NCBI GenBank assembly: GCA_963844035.1
Contig: CAWJMT010000037.1
Span: 224,001 to 288,000, forward strand
From: an uncultured Gemmatimonadales bacterium
Lineage (GTDB): Bacteria > Gemmatimonadota > Gemmatimonadetes > Gemmatimonadales > GWC2-71-9
DNA length: 64,000 nucleotides
Direction of reading: 5' to 3'
The position numbers and the translations under genes were made by a program. Within the stretch, counting starts at the first letter, position 1. The number at the start of each line of letters is the position of its first letter. Positions 1 to 9,507 of the stretch are shown here, one piece after another. The notes below the pieces were generated by a model. It was not told where the DNA came from. It did no database searches and saw only the letters and a list, made by a program, of their open reading frames with translations.

Positions 1-532
<532 letters not shown>

Positions 533-548
533 GCGGCGAGGAGATCAC

Positions 549-977
549 ATGCGTATCACCCAAGGCACATTTTCGTACCTGCCGGATTTCACGGATGAAC
601 AGATCACGGCGCAAATCGAGTACTGCCTCAAGAACAACTGGGCGGTTTCGGTGGAGCACACCGATGATCCGCATCCGCGCAACGTCTACTGGGACATGTG
701 GGCGCTGCCGATGTTCGATCTCAAGGACGCGTCCGCGATCATGCTCGAGGTCAACGCGTGCCGGAAGACGTTTCCGCACCGGTACATCAAGGTGAACGGC
801 TACGATCGCACCTACGGCCGGCAGACCACCGGGATCAGCTTTATCGTCAACCGGCCGGCGGAGGAGCCCGGATTCCGGCTCGATCGGCAGGAGTTTGCCG
901 ACCGCTCGATCAAGTACACCCTCCATTCGTACGCCACCGAGAAGCCGTCGGGTGAGCGTTACGGCGAAAGCAAATGA
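549..977 (+). CDS. cbbS: RuBisCO small subunit, red-type
   Basis: [12 protein letters not shown]...[13 protein letters not shown]...SFIVNRP.EEPGF; red-type C-terminal hairpin extension; SD GAGGAG upstream. Confidence 0.96.
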   Translation: MRITQGTFSYLPDFTDEQITAQIEYCLKNNWAVSVEHTDDPHPRNVYWDMWALPMFDLKDASAIMLEVNACRKTFPHRYIKVNGYDRTYGRQTTGISFIVNRPAEEPGFRLDRQEFADRSIKYTLHSYATEKPSGERYGESK

Positions 978-1900
978 GCGAGGTCGACACGACGAGCCCG
1001 GCGGAAGTCGCCGCCGGGTTCGTCGATCTCGATGCCGCGTACCGCGGATCGAACATCGAGGCGGTACTCCAGGATCTGGAGCTGGAGCTCATCGGGCTGG
1101 CGCCCGTCAAGCGACGCATCCGGGAGATCGCCGCGTTGCTGCTCATCGCGCGTGTGCGTGAAGAGCAGAGCCTCGTCACCGAAAAACCCACGCTGCACAT
1201 GTCGTTCACGGGGCATCCGGGGACGGGCAAGACCACCGTGGCGCTCGAGATGGCCAAGATCCTCCAGCGCCTCGGCTACGTGCGGAAGGGCCATCTGGTC
1301 GTGGCCACGCGCGACGACCTGGTGGGCCAGTACGTCGGCCACACGGCGCCGAAAACCAAGGAAGTGATCAAGCGGGCGATGGGGGGCGTGCTCTTCATCG
1401 ACGAGGCGTACTATCTCTACCGCCCGGAGAACGAGCGGGACTACGGCCAGGAAGCGATTGAGATGCTGTTGCAGGCGATGGAGAATCAGCGGGACGACCT
1501 CGTGGTGATCCTCGCGGGTTACAAGAACCGCATGGAGACGTTCTTCCAGTCGAACCCGGGGTTCCACTCGCGCGTCGGCAACCACCTCGACTTTCCCGAC
1601 TATTCGCTCGATGAGCTGATGGAGATTGCGGAGCTGATGGTGAAGCGCCAGCACTACGAATTCGATGCGGCCGCGCGAGACGCGTTCCGTCAATATCTGA
1701 CGCTGCGGATGCCGCAGCCGCATTTCGCCAATGCCCGCAGCGTCCGCAACGCGCTCGATCGGATCAAACTTCGCCAGGCCAACCGCCTGATGGCGGCTCG
1801 CGGGCTCGTTTCCAAGGATGATCTCGCCCGGCTCGACGCCGCCGATATCCTCCAAAGTCGCGTCTTCCAAGGAGGGAACGACGGTGTCGGCGACGAATAG
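974..1900 (+). CDS. cbbX: CbbX red-type RuBisCO activase (AAA+)
   Basis: [64 protein letters not shown] overlap with cbbS. Confidence 0.96.
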   Translation: MSEVDTTSPAEVAAGFVDLDAAYRGSNIEAVLQDLELELIGLAPVKRRIREIAALLLIARVREEQSLVTEKPTLHMSFTGHPGTGKTTVALEMAKILQRLGYVRKGHLVVATRDDLVGQYVGHTAPKTKEVIKRAMGGVLFIDEAYYLYRPENERDYGQEAIEMLLQAMENQRDDLVVILAGYKNRMETFFQSNPGFHSRVGNHLDFPDYSLDELMEIAELMVKRQHYEFDAAARDAFRQYLTLRMPQPHFANARSVRNALDRIKLRQANRLMAARGLVSKDDLARLDAADILQSRVFQGGNDGVGDE

Positions 1901-2897
1901 GGTGACACCGCTGCCGTTCCGGGCGGGCCGTCCCATCATGCTCGGCCTCGTCGGGGACTCCGGGGCAGGGAAATCGACGTTGTCGAACGGGTGCGTGGAG
2001 ATCCTCGGGGCCGACCGGGTCACGGATATCTGCCTCGACGACTACCACTCGCTCGACCGCGTCGGGCGGGCGGAGCGCAAGATCACGGCGCTCCATCCCG
2101 ACTGCAATCACCTCGATCTGATCCGCCAGCATATCCGCCTGCTGCGCGGGGGCGAGCGGATCTTCAAGCCGGTGTACGACCACACCGACGGCACCTTCGG
2201 TCCGCCCGAGTTCGGGATTCCGCGGGACATCGTCCTGGTGCACGGCCTGCACACGCTGTACACCCCGGGGCTGCGGCAGCTGTGGGACGTCTCGGTGTTC
2301 CTCGATCCCGACCCGGAGCTGCGGATCGACTGGAAGATCAAGCGGGACATGTCGAAGCGCGGGTACACCCGCGACGAGGTGTTGAAGCAGCTCGAAGACC
2401 GCCGTCACGACTCCGAGGCGTACGTGATGCCGCAGCGTGAGAAGGCGGATATCGTGGTGGCCTTCTCCCCGGGCCCCCAGTATGCGACGACGCGCGACAG
2501 CGCCCGGCTCAACGTGCGCATCGTCATCCGGCACCCGGTGCCGCTGCCCGATCTGGAGGATGCGCTCACGGTGGCCGGCGAGGAGAATGGCGGGCCCTAT
2601 TTGAAGCTGCACCGCGGCGCCGAGGGGACCGATTCGCTCGAGATCAGCGGTGCGATCAGCGACGCGGCGACCCAGTCCATCGAGCGCCGCCTCTGGAACC
2701 ACATGCAGACGGCGCCGAACCTCCGGGCCGACCGGGTGGGCGTCTTCATGGACGGCGCCACCGAGCGGCGCTCGAACCCGTTGGCGGTGACGCAGTTGGT
2801 GCTGACCTACTACCTGGTGAAGGCGACTGCCCTGGTGCTGAAGCAGGAGCAGCTGCGCCAGGAGGCAGCCGAGGTGGCGTTGGGCGGAACGCCGTGA
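1884..2897 (+). CDS. prk: Phosphoribulokinase, cyanobacterial/plant-like type
   Basis: [10 protein letters not shown]-loop, [39 protein letters not shown] start after GGAGG (1871-1875); CBB context. Confidence 0.9.
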   Translation: MSATNRVTPLPFRAGRPIMLGLVGDSGAGKSTLSNGCVEILGADRVTDICLDDYHSLDRVGRAERKITALHPDCNHLDLIRQHIRLLRGGERIFKPVYDHTDGTFGPPEFGIPRDIVLVHGLHTLYTPGLRQLWDVSVFLDPDPELRIDWKIKRDMSKRGYTRDEVLKQLEDRRHDSEAYVMPQREKADIVVAFSPGPQYATTRDSARLNVRIVIRHPVPLPDLEDALTVAGEENGGPYLKLHRGAEGTDSLEISGAISDAATQSIERRLWNHMQTAPNLRADRVGVFMDGATERRSNPLAVTQLVLTYYLVKATALVLKQEQLRQEAAEVALGGTP

Positions 2898-2920
2898 CGG
2901 TCGGAGGGGTACCGAGCCGC

Positions 2921-4268
2921 ATGATTTTATCGCGGCAACGTTTCATCCCGGTGCTCCTTGTCATGCTTCTGGGGGGGTCGTGCGCACCACGTCCCCAGAT
3001 GGCCCCGCGGGGGCCGATGCCCGACGTCGCCAACATGGTGCCCGTTCGCGCGCGCACCGTGTACCGCGAGATGGGTCTGATGGTCGATACGTCGCGCCTG
3101 CCCTTCGTGGCCTCCGTGCGATACCTCGCCAGCGCCTCTCCCGACTCCACACTGCTCCTTTTCGCGATGTCGCTGGCGAACCGGGCGTTGAACTTCCGGC
3201 GCGACAGCAGCGATATGGTCGCTGACTACCACGTCGAGCTGACCGTCCGGAGCGACAGCAACATCGTCCGCCAGGTCAATCGGGACGAGAAGGTGCGCGT
3301 TCGATCGGTTGCCGAGACGATGCGGCGCGATGAGAGCATCATCTTCCAGCAAATCCTCGTGGTACGTCCCGGGATCTACACGGTGAGCGTCGTGGCGCGG
3401 GACCGCACCAGCCCGGCCTACGCCCATTTCCAGCTGCTCGACACGGTGCCGCAGTTCGGCACGCCCGGGCTGGGCTGGCCGTTGCCGATCTACGAGGGAG
3501 CGGGGCGCACGCGGCAGACGCTCATGCCCGAGCTGGTGGCCAATCCGCGGGGGGCGACGCCGTATGGGGAATCGGCCCGCTTCTACGTGGAGGGCTACGG
3601 GTTTGCGCGGGGCACCCGGGTCGCGGCGCGGATCGTCGATCTCGACAGCGTCGAGCTGTGGCGGGACACACTCACGTTCGCGGATGGCCCGCTGGCGACC
3701 GTGCAGTTCGTGGTCAAGCCGGGCGTGCTTCCCGTCGGCCGCGCGATGTTCGAGGTCCACGCGGTCGGAGGCACGGCGCACACGGTCACGCCGCTCCTGA
3801 TCACGTTCTCGGACGGGTGGGCGGTGCAATCGGTTCGAGCAGACGGTGGATTTGCTGCGCTATTTCCCCCGCCAGGACCTGGTGGCGACCCTCAGGGCCG
3901 CGCCACGCGAGCAGCGGGCGGCGGCGTGGCGGGAATTCTACCGGGCGAGCGATCCGACGCCCGCCACCCCGCAGAACGAGCCGCTCGACAAATACTTCCA
4001 TCGGATCGAGATCGCCAACCAGCGCTACGGCGAACCCACGGGTCCCGGGTGGAAGACCGACCGCGGCCAGGTGTACATCACGCTGGGCGATGCTGATCAG
4101 GCATTCGAGGTGCCCGGCAAGTACGCGCCCGGCCTGCGGTGGGAGTACACGTCGTATCACGTGGTCCTGGCCTTTCAGGACGAAGCAGGGACGGGCAAGT
4201 ACTTACTGACGGAGCAGTCGCGGGCGGACTACGAGCGAATCCTCGACCAGGTGCGGAGAGAGAATTGA
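2921..4268 (+). CDS. GWxTD domain lipoprotein (frameshift near 3832)
   Basis: Lipobox LLGGSC; C-terminal DPTPAT..NE...RI..AN.RY...GWKTDRGQVYITLG. Confidence 0.85.
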
Positions 4269-4294
4269 ACCGGACGGCGATGGAGGTTGGGACG

Positions 4295-4889
4295 ATGCGG
4301 GGTGCCCTGTTCGTGGCGACGGTCCTTGCCGTGACGCCGGCGCTTGCCGCGCAGAAGAAGACCGATTCCACGATGCCGTTGCCGGAGACGTCGCGGCGCA
4401 TGCGGAATCTCGAGCCCAAAGCCGGGAGCGAGGGACCGAACGTCCAGGTGCATGAGGTCTGGCAGGTCGGGGCACCGCCGGAGATGCTGTTGTCGTGGTA
4501 CCTGCGGCGGCTCAACTGGCTCAGCCCGAACAAGGACCGCGTGCTGGACACGTCCGAAGTGCGGGCCGCGGATACGCGGCCGCCGATGACCTATCACATC
4601 ACGTTCCATACGTTCGACGACGAATGCCGCGATCCGGGGTGGACGCCGCCCCCGCCGGATAGTCCAGCCACCGCCCTGTAAGGTCTGGAGGCTCGGCAGG
4701 GAAAAGCGGCGCGTGCTCGAGAACAACCGCGTTGGTTTCGAGCAATCCGTCTGGATCGACAGCGTCACCTTCATGTGGATGACCCGTGAGCTCAGCGGTG
4801 AGATCTTGCGCCGCACGATCGTGCTGCGGGACGCCGGGATCACGGACGATTGGAAGCGGTACAACCTCGTGTCGCAGATTACCCTGTGA
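4295..4889 (+). CDS. Secreted hypothetical protein, paralogue A (frameshift near 4672)
   Basis: SD GGAGG, signal peptide ending ALA-AQ; continues in the shifted frame as PPCKVWRLG...SQITL; homologous to the next gene. Confidence 0.7.
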
Positions 4890-5010
4890 GCGCGAGGCGT
4901 TGACGCCGCCCACGCAGTAGCAGGCGGATTGGCGCGCCCCATGTCGGGTGCGGCGCCCGATGAGCCCCGATAGCCAGAGAGGTTGCGTGCGAGACCTGCC
5001 GCTGTATCCG

Positions 5011-5713
5011 GTGCCGTTCTCCCGCGCCGTGTGGGGCGCCGTGCTCGCGGCGGCGGTGACGACGCTCGCGCCGGCGCTCGGCGCGCAGGCGCTCGACCCG
5101 ACGATGCCGCTCCCACCCGGCGCGAGTCGCGAGAAGGGTGCGGAGACGAGCGACGGATCGAACGGCCGGTGGGTCCAGGTGTACCGCTCGGCGCTCCGGT
5201 GGAAATGCTGCTGGGGTGGTACCAGCGGAAGATGACCCCGGGTGCCGACGTCGCGCTCGACACCGTCGATCTCGCAGCCCGGCGAGGTGACGCTGGCCAG
5301 CTCGCACGTGACGGAGCACAGCTTCGACGACGAATGCGCCGACACGGCCGCGAGTGTACTTCCGGCGTTCGGCTCCAACCCGCCGTGCAAGAAGTGGCGC
5401 CGTGGGATCGGACAAGCGGCGCGCCCTGCAAAACTCCCGCCTCGGGATTCGCGAGGGCGTGTGGATCGATCATTTCACGATCACGTGGTACAGTCGCGAG
5501 AGCAATGGGGACCTGGTGCGCCGGCAGATCGTGGTGCGCGACGCGGGGCTGACGAGCAACTGGCAGCACGATCAACTGCGCTCGCAAATCACGCTCGAGC
5601 GCGTGACGAGACCCACGCCGCCCGCAGCCCCCGCGGCGGCCGCGCGCTCCCGTGGACACCATGGCCCCAGGACGCGGTGCGGAGCGGCTCCAGCGGACAC
5701 CACGGCCCCGTAG
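5011..5713 (+). CDS. Secreted hypothetical protein, paralogue B (several frameshifts; start could be 4960)
   Basis: Signal peptide ending ALGAQ; shares TMPLP, EMLL.WY, H.FDDEC, PPCK.WR.G, VWID, RDAG.T..W and SQITL with paralogue A. Confidence 0.65.
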
Positions 5714-5740
5714 CGAATTCTTATCTTGTAGGCTCGTTTG

Positions 5741-5813
5741 GGGGCGGTAGCTCAGTTGGGAGAGCACCTGGTTTGCAACCAGGGGGTCGTGGGTTCGAAT
5801 CCCATCCGCTCCA
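5741..5813 (+). tRNA. tRNA-Ala(UGC), copy 1
   Basis: Full cloverleaf: GGGGCGG/CCGCTCC acceptor stem with G3:U70, anticodon arm CCTGG-TTTGCAA-CCAGG, TTCGAAT T-loop; CCA tail not encoded. Confidence 0.97.
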
Positions 5814-6129
5814 TCACTCGGGCCCCGGCCCGGCAGCGTGTGTCCTCGGTTTCCACCCTTCCGTCATAAGACCATCCGAGGGTCCGGAGGCATCTGGCTG
5901 GAAACGACCACGGGGCGCGTGGGTCTGGTATCGGTCACGCCACAGACCCTAGTGTCGAGGCGGCATCTTCGCCAAAGCGGCGCTGAGCCTCCATGGCGTG
6001 ATCCAACCTCGCAAGCGTTCCGATCAAATAACAGAACCATGAAGGGACGATGAAATTTCGTCAGAGTCCTGGACTCGAATCCTCTCGGCGTACTATGATC
6101 TGTCATGCGCTAGTGCCGAGGAGGCCTTT

Positions 6130-6525
6130 ATGCGTCTCGCAAGTGTCTGCATGCTCACCCTCGCGATCCTCTCAACTCCGGCGTGCTACCGAACGAAGGT
6201 GGTCAGCGTCGCCGCCGCGCCCGCCGACACGCGCGCGTGGCTGACCCTGAGCGATCAATCGGTGGTGCTTCTTTACGGTCCGCAAATCTACGGCAAGCGG
6301 TTGGTGGGGTACGTGGACGGCAGGTACGAGGAATACCTCATTACCGACGTGAAGGAGGTGCATGTGCGCCGACTGGACGGCGCCCGCACAGCCGCAATGA
6401 TTACCGCGGGCGCGTTGGGGTTCGTCGGATTCGCATATGTGCTCACTGGTGCGGCAAAGAGTAATCCGCCGGACTATTGCGATGCGCCGGAGCACGTGGA
6501 CGAGCCCATATGTCAAAGTATGTGA
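6130..6525 (+). CDS. Lipoprotein with C-terminal TM helix, copy A
   Basis: SD GGAGG; signal ending STPAC; C-terminal hydrophobic helix; close paralogue at 7997-8395. Confidence 0.8.
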   Translation: MRLASVCMLTLAILSTPACYRTKVVSVAAAPADTRAWLTLSDQSVVLLYGPQIYGKRLVGYVDGRYEEYLITDVKEVHVRRLDGARTAAMITAGALGFVGFAYVLTGAAKSNPPDYCDAPEHVDEPICQSM

Positions 6526-7330
6526 TGCGTCTTACCTCCTCGCGATTGCGGTGTGCTGGCGCCGGAGCCATGCTGTGCCTGCTTGGCAGCGCGCTCGCCC
6601 AGGCGCAGGGACCGGGTCGCTGGACCGTGGATGCGAAATGGAGTCTGGCGTGGTGGCAGGTGGATCCGCATCTGAACCATCTGTGGGCGACGACGTGTCC
6701 GGCGGAGCCCTCGTGGCAACCCGGCGAGGGCCGCAGCACCGGATGGTCTGTCCGTACGGGCCCCGACATCAAGACCTACTCATTTGCCGCCGTTTCCGAC
6801 ACGATCCACGTGCCCCTCTATCCGCGACGCACGGCGCGCCCGATCTGCAAGGAAGCGGTGCAGGGCCATCTCGTGGTCTCCGACTCCGTCACTGGCCGGG
6901 GCGCGTGGGGAGAGATCATCGTCAAGGCCGAGTCGCTCGTCATGGGTGAGGAGCGACGCGCGCAGTATGCCCGCGAGATGGTGTTCGAGACGGTGAGGTA
7001 CCCCGACATTCGGTTCCAGCTCGACAGTTTCGTGAACGTGACCCGGCAGGCCGACACACTCCACGGGACGGCCGTCGGAGTCTTGTTCTTGCACGGGTTT
7101 GCCAAGACCGTCTCCGCCGTGGTGAAAGTGTATCCCGACTCCGAAGCCGGGGGCATCCGCGTATTCGCCCGGATCCGCGAGCCTTCACGGGCCTTCGCCA
7201 CACATTTCTGGCCAGGATGCAGCTATCGGGGGTGCATCTTCTCCCTGGGGGTGAGGACGGACATCTGGAAACACTTCTTCTTCGGGGTCGACCTAATACT
7301 GCGTCCGGAAGAGCTCCCCGTCTTCGGACG
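6525..7330 (+). CDS. Secreted YceI-like beta-barrel protein (true 3' end uncertain; frame stays open to 7910)
   Basis: TGATG coupling to the upstream gene; signal peptide; W.VD...S start, YPDIRF.LDS and G.LFLHGFAK.V resemble YceI. Confidence 0.6.
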
Positions 7331-7545
7331 GCGCGGTATCGCGGCAGCACTCTCGGGTGTCGTCCTCCCAGCGGGACCCGAGACCCGCTGCCGCCAGAGT
7401 GATCCTTACCGCGGCGATCGCCGCGGGACGGCCGTGCACGTCGGCGTCCACTCGAGCCGGCAGTCACGCCACCCCCCACTCAGGCATGCAGGGCACGATC
7501 GTCGTGCTGTAGGTCACGCTCCGTCGTTATCTTGTAGGCTCGTTC

Positions 7546-7618
7546 GGGGCGGTAGCTCAGTTGGGAGAGCACCTGGTTTGCAACCAGGGGGTCGTGGGTT
7601 CGAATCCCATCCGCTCCA
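7546..7618 (+). tRNA. tRNA-Ala(UGC), copy 2 (identical to copy 1)
   Basis: Same 73-nt sequence as 5741-5813. Confidence 0.97.
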
Positions 7619-7643
7619 TGTCGTCCTCCACACTAAGGGGAAC

Positions 7644-7910
7644 ATGCCAGATATCTCGGCGGGAGAAGCGTGGATTCTGAATTCACTCGGCGAAACGGCG
7701 GGGGAGATGGGAATCTCCGGGGCGCATGGCACGTGGCCTCCCCCGCTCGAGGGACTGAACACGGGAAGGTTCCACCTCACCGTCACGCTGGGGGCGAGGC
7801 AGCGGCGGGTGGCCTTTCTCTTGAAGGAGTTGGAGGACGTTTTGAAGACGCCGCGCATCCAAAGCGCGATTCGCTACCGGCTGGGCGGCGCGCTCCAGGC
7901 CATCCGCTAG
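7644..7910 (+). CDS. Small hypothetical protein (88 aa)
   Basis: AAGGGG SD before ATG 7644; protein-like composition. Confidence 0.45.
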   Translation: MPDISAGEAWILNSLGETAGEMGISGAHGTWPPPLEGLNTGRFHLTVTLGARQRRVAFLLKELEDVLKTPRIQSAIRYRLGGALQAIR

Positions 7911-7911
7911 A

Positions 7912-7969
7912 GGAAGCAATTCTTCTTCGGGGCCGACCTGATCTTGCATCCGGAGGAGCCCCCGTCATG
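7912..7969 (+). pseudogene. 3' remnant of a second YceI-like gene
   Basis: Encodes KQFFFGADLILHPEEPPS-stop, matching KHFFFGVDLILRPEE at about 7269-7313. Confidence 0.75.
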
Positions 7970-7996
7970 AGGACGGGCTCCTTCGATGGAGGTTTT

Positions 7997-8395
7997 ATGC
8001 GACTCACAACTGGTTTCCTGCTGGCCCTGGCGATCCTCTCGAGCCAGGCTTGCTACCGAACGAAGGCGGTCACCGTTGCCGACGCGCCCGCCGACACGCG
8101 GGCGTGGGTGACCCTGAGCGATCAATCGGTAGTGGTGGTGTACGGTCCGCAAATTTACGGCCCGCGGTTGGTGGGGTACGTACACGGCAGGTACGAGGAG
8201 TACCTCATCGCCGACGTGAAGGCGGTGCATGTGCGCCAGCCGGATGGCGCCCGCACGGCCGCATTGGCGACTTTGGGCGTGCTCACCGCGGCCGGACTGG
8301 CGTACTGGCTTGCGGAAGGTGGGTCGCATGAGCCACCAAGGCCCGACATCTGTGACACGGGAGAGGATCCCGACAATGAAATCTGCACCCAGTAG
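7997..8395 (+). CDS. Lipoprotein with C-terminal TM helix, copy B
   Basis: SD GGAGG; signal ending SSQAC; 8051-8256 aligns without gaps to 6184-6389. Confidence 0.8.
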   Translation: MRLTTGFLLALAILSSQACYRTKAVTVADAPADTRAWVTLSDQSVVVVYGPQIYGPRLVGYVHGRYEEYLIADVKAVHVRQPDGARTAALATLGVLTAAGLAYWLAEGGSHEPPRPDICDTGEDPDNEICTQ

Positions 8396-8510
8396 GTAGC
8401 CGCAGACGGCTGTCTGCTCTGCAAACTGGAGCCTAGTCCGTTTTGGGATTTGCCGTCAAGCGGCGGCGCGGCCTCTTTCGCCCGCTGCCGGGCCGCGTGA
8501 CCTTTCACTC

Positions 8511-8909
8511 GTGATTCCGCCATACTCGCTCGCCGACTGGCAGCGCGACTGGGATGACGGTCGCCCCCTCCCATGCCCGAGCTGCGGCAGCAGCGAGAAC
8601 TTCAGCGCCCGGCAGGCGATGCTGCCGGATCGCTCGTTCCGCCGGTTTCGCTCCTGCAAGCGCTGCGGCATGTGCCAGGAGGCCGACGGTCAATCTGCTC
8701 CGTACCAGACCGTGCTGATGGCGCACGAGTGCGACGCGAAGATCGCAGCCGATGCGCAGTGCCGCGCGTGCGGCATGCGCGTTCGCAACCAGCGCCACCT
8801 GTGCCCGCGGATCGTTCGCGAAGGGGAGTCATTCACGTGCCCCGAATGCGGGACCGTCCTGGGTGATCAGCACCGCCGCCCGTGGCCCACGACCCCCACT
8901 CCACCATGA
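8511..8909 (+). CDS. Cys-rich multi zinc-ribbon protein
   Basis: CPSCG, CKRCG, HEC, CRACG, HLC, CPECG motifs. Confidence 0.7.
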   Translation: MIPPYSLADWQRDWDDGRPLPCPSCGSSENFSARQAMLPDRSFRRFRSCKRCGMCQEADGQSAPYQTVLMAHECDAKIAADAQCRACGMRVRNQRHLCPRIVREGESFTCPECGTVLGDQHRRPWPTTPTPP

Positions 8910-8916
8910 GACGCAT

Positions 8917-9399
8917 ATGAGCGACGTTCCACCCGCGGTCATCGCTGGCCTGCTCACGAGAATCGCACGGGAGGCATTCGAGGGACCTCCCGGTCCGTGG
9001 ACCTATTTCACGGATACCTCTGCCGGCGCAGGCGTCTTCGGTACCCTCGGCGCCGTGAGCGCCGCGGAGGCGTCCCGTCCTGCCGGTCCCGCCCAATCCA
9101 CGATCGCCGGGCACGTGCATCACCTGTGTTCGAGCCTCGCGCTCACGACGCGTGCGATTCGCGGCGGCCCGGCCGCACGAGACCGCAGTACGACCTGGAG
9201 CGTGACGGTGGTGGACGCCGCCCAGTGGACCGATCTGCAGGCACAGCTGCGTCGCGAATATGCCGCCCTGCTCGTGGCCCTGGGGACCCACGCGACGTGG
9301 GACGAGGAGACCCTGGGCGACGCGATCGGGGCGATCGCCCACACGGCCTACCATCTCGGCGCCGTGCGACAGCGGCTGGCGTTGCAGGGCACGGGCTGA
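8917..9399 (+). CDS. DinB-like four-helix protein
   Basis: STIAGHVHHL and AHTAYHLGAVRQ His motifs. Confidence 0.75.
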   Translation: MSDVPPAVIAGLLTRIAREAFEGPPGPWTYFTDTSAGAGVFGTLGAVSAAEASRPAGPAQSTIAGHVHHLCSSLALTTRAIRGGPAARDRSTTWSVTVVDAAQWTDLQAQLRREYAALLVALGTHATWDEETLGDAIGAIAHTAYHLGAVRQRLALQGTG

Positions 9400-9507
9400 A
9401 ACGCAACGGCCGCCGGTCTTGCCTCCCAGCCGGCACCTGAACTGGCCCGGCCGGTACTAGATTGAGCCGCGCGCTCCGCTGCGGTTCACCGGGAGGGAGA
9501 TCCCACA

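Noticed and set aside
5721..8395. Prophage or integrative element at tRNA-Ala
   Set aside because: No integrase, transposase or phage gene in the window; only the direct repeat is supported.
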